This document shows positions 37,184 to 50,100 of a stretch of DNA of 64,000 bases, piece after piece. Numbering within the stretch: the first letter of the stretch is position 1; every line of letters begins with the position of its first letter. Under the pieces are notes generated by a model, which worked only from the letters and a program-made list of their open reading frames with translations, made no database searches and was not told where the DNA came from. This stretch comes from Antedon mediterranea. Its lineage: Eukaryota > Animalia > Echinodermata. Where the stretch lies: the NCBI RefSeq assembly GCF_964355755.1, contig NC_092678.1:11654352-11718351 (forward strand), written 5' to 3'. Both the position numbers and the translations under genes were made by a program.

Positions 37184-40100
37184 AAGAGATGTGTTAAACC
37201 TAGATAATAGATGATACCTATGTAGTGCAACAAGAGATGAGACAGTGCTTAGAGTGGCGCTACATAAAGAGATGTGTTAAACCTAGATAATAGATGATAC
37301 CTATGTAGTGCAACAAGAGATGAGACAGTGCTTAGAGTGGCGCTACATAAAGAGATTTGTTAAACCTAGATAATAGATGATACCTATGTAGTGCAACAAG
37401 AGATGAGACAGTGCTTAGAGTGGCGCTACATAAAGAGATGTGTTAAACCTAGATAATAGATGATACCTATGTAGTGCAACAATAGATGAGACAGTGCTTA
37501 GAGTGACGCTACATAAAGAGATGTGTTAACCTAGATAATAGATGATACCTATGTAGTGCAACAAGAGATGAGACAGTGCTTAGAGTGAGGCTACATCAAA
37601 AGATGTGTTAAACCTAGATAATAGATGATACCTATGTAGTGCAACAACAGACGAGACAGTGCTTAGAGTGACGCTACATAAAGAGATGTGTTAAACCTAG
37701 ATAATAGATGATACCTATGTAGTGCAACAAGAGATGAGACAGTGCTTAGAGTGGCGCTACATAAAGAGATGTGTTAAACCTAGATAATAGATGATACCTA
37801 TGTAGTGCAACAAGAGATGAGACAGTGCTTAGAGTGGCGCTACATAAAGAGATGTGTTAACCTAGATAATAGATGATACCTATGTAGTGCAACAATAGAT
37901 GAGACAGTTCTTAGAGTGGCGCTACATAAAGAGATGTGTTAAACCTAGATAATAGATGATACCTATGTAGTGCAACAAGAGATGAGACAGTGCTTAGAGT
38001 GGCACTACATAAAGAGATGTGTTAAACCTAGATAATAGATGATACCTATGTAGTGCAACAAGAGATGAGACAGTGCTTAGAGTGGCGCTACATAAAGAGA
38101 TGTGTTAAACCTAGATAATAGATGATACCTATGTAGTGCAACAAGAGATGAGACAGTGCTTAGAGTGACGCTACATAAAGAGATGTGTTAACCTAGATAA
38201 TAGATGATACCTATGTAGTGCAACAATAGATGAGACAGTGCTTAGAGTGACGCTACATAAAGAGATGTGTTAACCTAGATAATAGATGATACCTATGTAG
38301 TGCAACAAGAGATGAGACAGTGCTTAGAGTGACGCTACATAAAGAGATGTGTTAAACCTAGATAATAGATGATACCTATGTTGTGCAACAAGAGACGAGA
38401 CAGTGCTTAGAGTGACGCTACATCAAAAGATGTGTTAAACCTAGATAATAGATGATACCTATGTAGTGCAACAAGAGACGAGACAGTGCTTAGAGTGACG
38501 CTACATAAAGAGATGTGTTAAACCTAGATAATAGATGATACCTATGTAGTGCAACAAGAGATGAGACAGTGCTTAGAGTGGCGCTACATAAAGAGATGTG
38601 TTAAACCTAGATAATAGATGATACCTATGTAGTGCAACAAGAGATGAGACAGTGCTTAGAGTGGCGCTACATAAAGAGATGTGTTAAACCTAGATAATAG
38701 ATGATACCTATGTAGTGCAACAAGAGATGAGACAGTGCTTAGAGTGACGCTACATAAAGAGATGTGTTAAACCTAGATAATAGATGATACCTATGTAGTG
38801 CAACAAGAGATGAGACAGTGCTTAGAGTGGCGCTACATAAAGAGATGTGTTAAACCTAGATAATAGATGATACCTATGTAGTGCAACAATAGATGAGACA
38901 GTGCTTAGAGTGACGCTACATAAAGAGATGTGTTAACCTAGATAATAGATGATACCTATGTAGTGCAACAAGAGATGAGACAGTGCTTAGAGTGAGGCTA
39001 CATCAAAAGATGTGTTAAACCTAGATAATAGATGATACCTATGTAGTGCAACAACAGACGAGACAGTGCTTAGAGTGACGCTACATAAAGAGATGTGTTA
39101 AACCTAGATAATAGATGATACCTATGTAGTGCAACAAGAGATGAGACAGTGCTTAGAGTGGCGCTACATAAAGAGATGTGTTAAACCTAGATAATAGATG
39201 ATACCTATGTAGTGCAACAAGAGATGAGACAGTGCTTAGAGTGGCGCTACATAAAGAGATGTGTTAACCTAGATAATAGATGATACCTATGTAGTGCAAC
39301 AATAGATGAGACAGTTCTTAGAGTGGCGCTACATAAAGAGATGTGTTAAACCTAGATAATAGATGATACCTATGTAGTGCAACAAGAGATGAGACAGTGC
39401 TTAGAGTGGCGCTACATAAAGAGATGTGTTAAACCTAGATAATAGATGATACCTATGTAGTGCAACAAGAGATGAGACAGTGCTTAGAGTGGCGCTACAT
39501 AAAGAGATGTGTTAAACCTAGATAATAGATGATACCTATGTAGTGCAACAAGAGATGAGACAGTGCTTAGAGTGACGCTACATAAAGAGATGTGTTAACC
39601 TAGATAATAGATGATACCTATGTAGTGCAACAATAGATGAGACAGTGCTTAGAGTGACGCTACATAAAGAGATGTGTTAACCTAGATAATAGATGATACC
39701 TATGTAGTGCAACAAGAGATGAGACAGTGCTTAGAGTGACGCTACATAAAGAGATGTGTTAAACCTAGATAATAGATGATACCTATGTTGTGCAACAAGA
39801 GACGAGACAGTGCTTAGAGTGACGCTACATCAAAAGATGTGTTAAACCTAGATAATAGATGATACCTATGTAGTGCAACAAGAGACGAGACAGTGCTTAG
39901 AGTGACGCTACATAAAGAGATGTGTTAAACCTAGATAATAGATGATACCTATGTAGTGCAACAAGAGATGAGACAGTGCTTAGAGTGGCGCTACATAAAG
40001 AGATGTGTTAAACCTAGATAATAGATGATACCTATGTAGTGCAACAAGAGATGAGACAGTGCTTAGAGTGGCGCTACATAAAGAGATGTGTTAAACCTAG

Positions 40101-41650
40101 ATAATAGATGATACCTATGTAGTGCAACAAGAGATGAGACAGTGCTTAGAGTGGCGCTACATAAAGAGATGTGTTAAACCTAGATAATAGATGATACCTA
40201 TGTAGTGCAACAAGAGATGAGACAGTGCTTAGAGTGGCGCTACATAAAGAGATGTGTTAAACCTAGATAATAGATGATACCTATGTTGTGCAACAAGAGG
40301 TGAGACAGTGCTTAGAGTGGCGCTACATAAAGAGATGTGTTAAACCTAGATAATAGATGATACCTATGTAGTGCAACAATAGATGAGACAGTGCTTAGAG
40401 TGACGCTACATCAAAAGATGTGTTAAACCTAGATAATAGATGATACCTATGTTGTGCAACAAGAGGTGAGACAGTGCTTAGAGTGGCGCTACATAAAGAG
40501 ATGTGTTAAACCTAGATAATAGATGATACCTATGTAGTGCAACAATAGATGAGACAGTGCTTAGAGTGGCGCTACATAAAGAGATGTGTTAAACCTAGAT
40601 AATAGATGATACCTATGTAGTGCAACAAGAGATGAGACAGTGCTTAGAGTGACGCTACATAAAGAGATGTGTTAAACCTAGATAATAGATGATACCTATG
40701 TAGTGCAACAAGAGATGAGACAGTGCTTAGAGTGGCGCTACATAAAGAGATGTGTTAAACCTAGATAATAGATGATACCTATGTAGTGCAACAATAGATG
40801 AGACAGTGCTTAGAGTGAAGCTACATAGAGATGTGTTAAACCTAGATAATAGATGATACCTATGTATTGCAACAAGGAATGAGACAGTGCTTAGAGTGGC
40901 GCTACATAAAGAGATGTGTTAAACCTAGATAATAGATGATACCTATGTATTGCAACAAGGAATGAGACAGTGCTTAGAGTGGCGCTACATAAAGAGATGT
41001 GTTAACCTAGATAATAGATGATACCTATGTAGTGCAACAATAGATGAGACGGTGCTTAGAGTGGCGCTACATAAAGAGATGTGTTAACCTAGATAATAGA
41101 TGATACCTATGTATTGCAACAAGGAATGAGACAGTGCTTAGAGTGGCGCTACATAAAGAGATGTGTTAACCTAGATAATAGATGATACCTATGTAGTGCA
41201 ACAATAGATGAGACAGTGCTTAGAGTGGAGCTACATAAAGAGATGTGTTAACCTAGATAATAGATGATACCTATGTATTGCAACAAGGAATGAGACAGTT
41301 CTTAGAGTGGCGCTACATAAAGAGATGTGTTAAACCTAGATAATAGATGATACCTATGTAGTGCAACAAGAGATGAGACAGTGCTTAGAGTGGCGCTACA
41401 TAAAGAGATGTGTTAAACCTAGATAATAGATGATCCCTATGTAGTGCAACAATAGATGAGACAGTGCTTAGAGTGGCGCTACATAAAGAGATGTGTTAAA
41501 CCTAGATAATAGATGATACCTATGTAGTGCAACAATAGACGAGACAGTGCTTAGAGTGACGCTACATAAAGAGATGTGTTAACCTAGATAATAGATGATA
41601 CCTATGTAGTGCAACAATAGATGAGGCAGTGATTACAGTGGCGCTACATC
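37184..41650. repeat. 83-bp satellite array, ~54 units, intergenic
   Basis: Unit AGAGATGTGTTAAACCTAGATAATAGATGATACCTATGTAGTGCAACAAGAGATGAGACAGTGCTTAGAGTGGCGCTACATAA (82-bp variants lack one A); no unique spacers. Confidence 0.98.
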
Positions 41651-42990
41651 AAGATATGCGACTTTGCTACACCAGCATGATGCCTATGTATACAGTAGGG
41701 CTACACGAAGAGATAAGAGAGTCCTGGACAGTGGTGCTATACCAAGAGATAAGAGAGTCCTGGACAGTGGTGCTATACCAAGTGATGAGATTGTGTTTGT
41801 GGTGCTACACCAGGAAATTTAAATCAGATGTTATTGCCTACAATGAAAAAATAACAGAAACTTCAAATACTTTGCTATTTTCATTTCCAAGTTTTTGTTT
41901 ATTCATTTCTAACCATCAACATAATATATTGTGTAACGCAGCAAAATCTATACATTCAAATGTGTACTGTATCTTTTAAAATTACAATTTTCACATCCAT
42001 TATTATATGGATAAAAAAGGTTATTTTCATGCAACCAAATGATATCAACATTTTGTAACCCTTTAAAAAATTTAAGGATTTTACAATTGTGTTTATGATA
42101 TATAAACAATATGAATATTGTAACATATTAAATATAATAATGAATAAGCACGCAAATCTAGTTATAAATGAACACAAGCTATAAGTACACAATGCACACA
42201 CAATAAGATTGTACTGCAAGTTTAAAAAAAAGTTTGTCTATAATTTGCTAAAAGTAGCATCGTATATTTAAAATAGCATGTTTTAACAGTTTTAAAATAA
42301 ATTTTGCATATAAATTTAAACTGTTTCTTTTTTATCTTAAAATACAATTTCAATTTGGTAAAAAATCTTTGGAATATTAAAAAAACAAAACGTTTAGATA
42401 CAAATTTGAATGTCGTAAATGTTTTATTAAAACAATATATCCAACCATTAACAACCTTTTAGGTTATGAAAACAGCATGTTGAAATTAAAATTTGCTAGT
42501 GGTAAACAAATTCAGTTGTAGATTTCTAATCGACAAGAATTTCAAAGAATTTATTTACATATTTTCCAGATGTGTCAAATAATTAAAAATATCCTTCAAA
42601 TTAAAACAGTTTCTTTACCAATCTAATTAAAATAGACTTGATTGCAATCACAATGGGATTAAACCTTGTTTAGGACGAATTAAAACAAACATAAAGTTGT
42701 CACTTTTCACTTGCCAAGTTGAATTAAAACAGTAACACATTAAAGGGTATTTATAAACAATAATAAAGATTTTGACATATATGAGAGCTTGATTACAAGC
42801 CTAGTGATCAGCTTCAAAAGCACTATCAAATCTGACATAAAATAATTAATAGAGTGCAACAATAATAATTGAAGGTTACCCCACTCATATCTTTTAATTG
42901 CATGACAACACTCAGCTGCAAAGTTTCACCCTTACCAAAATAAAGCTGCTTTAAATATTCTTTGATCTACTACATTCAAACTAACCTTAG

Positions 42991-43107
42991 TGTACACTAC
43001 TCTGTTATTGTATTGTACACTACTCTGTTATTGTATTGTACACTACTCTGTTATTGTATTGTACACTACTCTGTTATTGTATTGTACACTACTCTGTGTA
43101 TTGTACA
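42991..43107. repeat. 23-bp tandem repeat TGTACACTACTCTGTTATTGTAT, ~5 copies
   Basis: Directly visible; downstream of the ALDH1L stop codon. Confidence 0.9.
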
Positions 43108-44126
43108 ATATTCTAAATCTCTATATATGTCTTTACCCTGTTAGGGTGTTGAATTCATCATGAGGCATGATATTGTGTACATGCACTTTATAACAACATC
43201 CTTTACAATCAAATGTAAAGCCTCAAATTGTATGAATTATAAAAAATTATAACATTCATACATAAAAAATGTAAAAGTTAATTACCTAAACATTTGGCTT
43301 CTGTGGATGTATAAACAAAATAGAAGTGTTAATTGGTCTTTTCACATATATGAAAAAATCTGTGTGAATTCTGAACAATAGCAAATCTACTTAGAAGTTA
43401 TATAAAACAGATAATGAATGTTTCTATAATCATGCAAATAATATTCGGTGAAATATAAAATTCTATTTTTATTTGGGTTTTGCCTTGTCAAAATAGAATT
43501 TTGAAATTATTTGTACAATCGCACTCATAAACATTCATATTTGTATAACATTGGTGCAGTACCCTCTTCTTCCTTGGGCTTGAACCTAATCCTAGCCATC
43601 AGCACAAGTTTGGTTGTCTAGGTATAAATGGTAGACTAGTTATCCAGAGGTCATTGGTTTTGAGTGCCACCTGAGAATGAGTGTCTTCTGAAATATTATA
43701 CTGGGGCAAAACATCAGACCAATTAACTAGCTCCGTGCCACCAAGCTATTTCATATTATCAAAATGGTAAGTAAACAGTTAGTTATTATTATCCATACTT
43801 CTGATTTTAAGGACAATATTTAAGGACATCTTCAGTACACTACATGGCAAACAGTGATAAGATTTTACAGTTTAAAAATGTTTATTTTGAAAATGAATAA
43901 TTTTAATGTAAATTGAGTTGTAATTATACAGTACACACACTTGATAAGATATGCCTGTGTTTTAATAAAACTAACCAGACACTGGAAGGAGATAGCACTA
44001 TACTATAACAAAGTACAGTATCTTGGCTATTATATAAAACACTTGCTAAAATTAGAAAATACCAATTGTGAGCAGCATACAGTATGTTGGTAATAGAAAC
44101 CAGTTTACTTCATATTCTAATTTTCT

Positions 44127-44182
44127 TCAATACTCTATTGTGACGGTTTTTGTCCGTAAATATTCGTGAAGAGCCTCTTCAC
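44127..44182 (-). CDS. ALDH1L1: ALDH1L terminal coding exon: [17 protein letters not shown]-stop
   Basis: tttag|GT; TGA at 44129-44127; typical ALDH1L C-terminus. Confidence 0.95.
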
Positions 44183-47100
44183 CTAAAATAAAAAAATACA
44201 TACAGTTATACTTGTATCAAATATTGTTTATTCTATTGGCTGCAAAAACCAGACCCCTGCAGGGACCAAGGTTCCTATTTGTGTGAAAATTAATTACAGG
44301 TTTGTGTTCATCGGTTATTCCCTATACTATTGGTGAATTGATTGCAAAGAACAGTATTCAGACTGTTTAATTGGGCTTGCTCACACGCTTGTTGGTGATC
44401 GGGCAACGTTTCACATAAGAAAAACATATCGAGGGCGCAATGAGTGACTTTAAAGGGGTATTCTGGGTTTAAAATTGCTTTTAAATATCGTTTATTTATT
44501 AAATTAAAAATAATATAACAATATAGACATGTCAGAATGAAGAAGTAATAACGAGAAATTAAAAAAATTAAATTTCATATACATTTTAGGGTAAATTCAT
44601 GGAAAGTCTGTTTTTCAGCAGCTTAGGGAAGCTCATTAATATTCATGAGATATTCACAAAATCACGTCACCAGTGGATTCCAAACTCGCGACGTCATGTG
44701 TACGTTGTGTTTGTCAACTAATTTACATCTCTCTCCCCTGTCAAACGACAACCACCCGATCATTGTGAAATACATTTTTTGTAGATTTTCTAAGCTAGGC
44801 CTAAAGTGTAATAATAACAGTAGTAGCATATATTTATTTGACATTTAATGAAATACCAAATTTAGTACAGATTACGGAGTCATAAATTATACTATTTTTA
44901 TACCTCTATAGTACAGATCGTATTATCGGCTTCACGTACAATACTAATACTCTAGGCCTAGCCTAATGTAATGGGCGAGCGAGAGCCATTCTGACTAGGG
45001 ATTCCATGCCACGATGGCTACGTTAAAACAATGGGGCCCATGGGCCTAGCTAGCCTACTACTAGACGATTGGCCCATAAATAACAAAACCCATCTTATCA
45101 ACCAAACTCCTAAACAATCTAAACCTAAAACGTTCTACAAAATCGGCTGTAAATATTGAAGCAAAACAAGGTCCGATCGCCGTCCACACGATATGGTATG
45201 GTGTCCCGATCGTCTAAGTAGGCCGAAAATAAAATAGGCTTAGCTTACTCTCCAAAAAAGCGAATACTCATGCATCAAGCAAGTAGACCAGGTAGTAGGG
45301 AGACCTAGCCGATCCGGCCCAGTTAAAAATTGAGCTAGCTAGTGTAGTAGACCCTATGCGAATTGATACTACTACCAGGCCTTTTACTATAGGCTGCACT
45401 ACACAAATATTCCAACTCTCTCATTCGAGCTATATTTATATCTATACCATTCCGGTAGGTCGAGTCGACCTTCAATCAAATACTGTACATCGTTCATGTT
45501 GTGATTATAGACGGGGTATACTCGACCCGACCAGTTTGGTATTGTTGTATCTGCTTATCACGTGACGAAGCCAGGCATGGGCAGCAGAGAGAGCACGTGT
45601 ATCGTCGTCTCGCTCGATCCTCAGCAGGAATGTACAGTATCGTTACGCTTCATTGATTTTGATTTTTCCCTAAGTCGGTGCGAAAATCGGCAAACGTAAA
45701 GTGCAAACATATCTAATTTTTCACTGTTTTGATGAATTTTCATAAAAAATTGACTTTATAAATGGGAAGACCGACTAAAATTACATCAGATAAGTATAAT
45801 TTTACAAACGTAATTGATATGGTTAATGATAACGAGTCGTCGGAAGATGGACCATTTCACGAATTTCCTATTTTGTAACCACAGTGTGATTTTGCCGTAG
45901 CTGCACTTGTAATCTGGCCTGATTTCACAGCCTTCGTTCTGTTTCACTGGGCGCTTATATAAATTGAAACTTTTACCGTTCAAGAGACAAACAAATATAT
46001 TTTACATTTTTTACTATTCATTTTAAACCCGGAACCCCCCTTTAATTTAGAAATGTAATGATGCATGCAATAGAAACATGGTGACAATGCTAACAAAAAG
46101 ATATTTCAGCCTCTTGTACAATAGGTGTATCAGCTGATCTTTTCTGAAAGAATTTAGTAAATAAAAAATGGGTTGATTGTAGATCAATGCTTGTATGTAT
46201 TGATAGTACTACTTTCTAGCTACTGTATGACAATGGTAGCATAGATTCAGTATTCCAAGTGCCTTGCTTTCAATTAAATATTAAAAGGGAAACTCCTGAA
46301 AGCTATCAGTGAAAACATGCAAAGTCCGACAGCAATGTTTACTACCCTAGTTGATTTCGGTGTATCTAAAATGAGGGCTATTTTCTTTCCCATAGCCAGA
46401 CTACTACTCAAAGTATATGTGTAATTTCCAGGGACCTAGCAGCTTTATTTAAAAAAATTGTCTTACCTCAGTCCCAACCATGGTGGGGCTGAGGTACAAC
46501 TCATAAATTTTGCACACACTTACCCAAGGCCTCTGTGATGCGCCTCAGCTCCGTCCCTGGGACCCCCTAGACAACCCTATCCAATGGATACTAGGTCCGC
46601 GCACATGGCCCCTCGGTCGGGGTAAATACTGGCGCCACCACTGATTTAATGGCAGAACATACAATATCGATATCTATTATCACTGTCACTTTTTAGTTGT
46701 AATACACTTACCAAGATCTTTGCCAAACCCAGATTGTTTGAAGCCTCCAAACGGTGCAGCAACATCTGTTTTATTGTAGGTATTAACAAATACTGTTCCT
46801 GCATCTAACTTCTCACTCACATACATAGCCTTGTTAATGTCATTTGTAAACACACCAGAAGCAAGGCCAAACTCTGTGCCATTTGCACTCTGCAACATTC
46901 CATCAATGTCACTAAAATACAACAATAGATTGTAGTTAAAAATAGAATACTTTTGTAATTTGTAAAAACCTCTTTTACTGTCTGAACTGTTAACTGGTTA
47001 CTTAATATGCAACAAGTATAGCTATATAAAGGTACTAAACTATATTCATGCTAACAACATTCTCTTCTAAAAAGATTTCAGTTTACAAAACTACAATATG

Positions 47101-50100
47101 ATGTTGACCTCCTGCTTTTCGTAGGTAAACCAATGTGTAAAACAATAATATATATTACCTTGCACTGAACTTCGAAACAACCATGATGGGACCAAATGAT
47201 TCTTCATGGGCCATCATCATGGTATCAGTAACACCTGTGAATATGGTGGGCTCCATAAACAATCCTAAAAAATAAAAATTAAAAATTGGTTAGTGAAATC
47301 CAAAACAAAATTCTAATATCCATGAACCAGTTCAAATGGGTGTGGAAGTAAAGGCAGTAGTCTACAAACCAGTCCAATTGTGGTCTGGTAGTAGTAATAC
47401 AGGGTATTACACCAGTCTACAAACCAGTCCAATTGTGGGCCTGGTAGTATAAATACAGGGTATTACACCAATCAATGAACTAGTTCAATTGTTGGTCTGG
47501 TGGAAATACAGGGTATTACACCAGTCTACAAACCAGTCCAATTGTGGGTCTGGTAGTATAAATACAGGGTATTACACAATCAATGAACTAGTTCAATTGT
47601 TGGTCTGGTGGAAATACAGGGTATTACACCAGTCTACAAACCAGTCCAATTGTGGGCCTGGTAGTATAAATACAGGGTATTACACCAATCAATGAACTAG
47701 TTCAATTGTTGGTCTGGTGGAAATACAGGGTATTACACCAGTCTACAAACCAGTCCAATTGTGGGTCTGGTAGTATAAATACAGGGTATTACACCAGTCT
47801 ACAAACCAGTCCAATTGTGGGTGTGGTAGTAGTAATACAGGGTATTACACCAGTCTACAAACCAGTCCAATTGTGGGCCTGGTAGTATAAATACAGGGTA
47901 TTACACCAATCAATGAACTAGTTCAATTGTTGGTCTGGTGGAAATACAGGGTATTACACCAGTCTACAAACTAGTCCAATTGTGGGCCTGGTAGTATAAA
48001 TACAGGGTATTACACCAATCAATGAACTAGTTCAATTGTCGGTCTGGTGGAAGTGTACGGTATTACACCAGTCTACAAACTAGTCCAATTGTGGGCCTGG
48101 TAGTATAAATACAGGGTATTACACCAATCAATGAACTAGTTCAATTGTTGGTCTGGTGGAAATACAGGGTATTACACCAGTCTACAAACTAGTCCAATTG
48201 TGGGTCTGGTAGTATAAATACAGGGTATTACACCAGTCTACAAACCAGTCCAATTGTGGGTGTGGTAGTAGTAATACAGGGTATTACACCAGTCTACAAA
48301 CCAGTTAAATTGTGGGTCTGGTAGTATAAATACAGGGTATTACACCAATCAATGAACTAGTTCAATTGTTGGTCTGGTGGAAATACAGGGTATTACACCA
48401 GTCTACAAACTAGTCCAATTGTGGGCCTGGTAGTATAAATACAGGGTATTACACCAATCAATGAACTAGTTCAATTGTCGGTCTGGTGGAAGTGTACGGT
48501 ATTACACCAGTCTACAAACTAGTCCAATTGTGGGCCTGGTAGTATAAATACAGGGTATTACACCAATCAATGAACTAGTTCAATTGTCGGTCTGGTGGAA
48601 GTGTAGGGTATTACACCAGTCTACAAACTAGTCCAATTGTGGGCCTGGTAGTATAAATACAGGGTATTACACCAATCAATGAACTAGTTCAATTGTTGGT
48701 CTGGTGGAAATACAGGGTATTACACCAGTCTACAAACTAGTCCAATTGTGGGCCTGGTAGTATAAATACAGGGTATTACACAATCAATGAACTAGTTCAA
48801 TTGTCGGTCTGGTGGAAGTGTAGGGTATTACACCAGTCTACAAATAGTCCAATTGTGGGCCTGGTAGTATAAATACAGGGTATTACACAATCAATGAACT
48901 AGTTCAATTGTCGGTCTGGTGGAAGTGTAGGGTATTACACCACCAGTTTAATAGTGGGTCTGGTAGTAGTAGTAGAGCAGTATAGGAATATATTTTATTT
49001 TATATATAAATATATAATTTATATTTTCCTTTTCAAACAATTTCAAATCATTTTTTTGTATTGTATATTCATAAATAAATCATTCATTCATAAATATTCA
49101 TATTAATAAATCGATTGGTAATGGATATTAAAATAAATCCTTATAATTACCTGGCCTATCTGCCTGTTTTCCACCATACACTAATGTTGCGCCTTCCTTA
49201 ACACCTATCTCACAATATTCTACTAGCTTTTCCATGTGAGCTCGGTGATTTTGTGGTCCGTGACTGGTAGACCTGTCTAGCGGATGACCAATTTTCATCT
49301 TCTTTACTTCCTCAACCTTGAATACATTAAAAAAAATATATCGTATATTAATTTTATTTTTATACATAAAAAAAATGGATGGTGCAATTGAGAAATATTG
49401 TAAAATGATCGACAACCCCTGGCCTTGTGGCACAATACCGTAATAGCATGCATGGATGCCGGATGGCAACATTTCAGAGTATCATGGATGCCTGCTGGTC
49501 ATATTGTATTATAACAAACTACATGTAGAGCAAAATTTTACTGACTTAAGAGGTGGTTAACACTCACTGGTGTGTTGCTTATTCCAATAAAAACTTACAA
49601 CTCTTCTTATGTATTCATCATGAATTGTATCTTCTACAAACAACCTTCCAGCTGCAATACAGTTCTCGCCTTTGTTAAAGAAAACGGCGCCACATCCCTG
49701 ACGTACTGCACGGTCCATATCACAATCGGAGAAGATTATTAATGGAGATTTGCCACCAAGTTCTAGAGAAACTTTTTTTAAGTTACTTTCGGCACAACTG
49801 AAAATGCAAGAAAAATTTTAGAAATAAAAAATTCCATCCAAAAATATAATCCATTTCACTCAGGGGTTTTTAAAATATTTTTATAGGCGAGAAAATTCCT
49901 TGTGTTGATTTCAGAGTTCGTAAGCGTTATTGTAATAATCACATTTTTAAATTGCATAATACAATGTTTTATTAATTTAATTTATTAGTTCTATTTTTTC
50001 TGTCGAGAAAAACTTTTTGTGTACTTTCAGTGAAACAAAGTTGATTTGATTTTTAATTTGAATTAATTAATTGACAATTGAAACAAATCAACAGATCATA

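Noticed and set aside
37184-41650. CRISPR-like array
   Set aside because: Units are contiguous near-identical 83-mers with no unique spacers, there are no cas genes, and the context is eukaryotic.
41898-41903. AATAAA (minus strand) as the ALDH1L poly(A) signal
   Set aside because: Plausible, but several other AATAAA sites (e.g. 42423-42428) lie in the same AT-rich region; it cannot be chosen without transcripts.
43545-43745. tRNA-like or SINE-like segment downstream of the ALDH1L stop
   Set aside because: Only weak A/B-box resemblance and no cloverleaf; not supportable as a tRNA gene.
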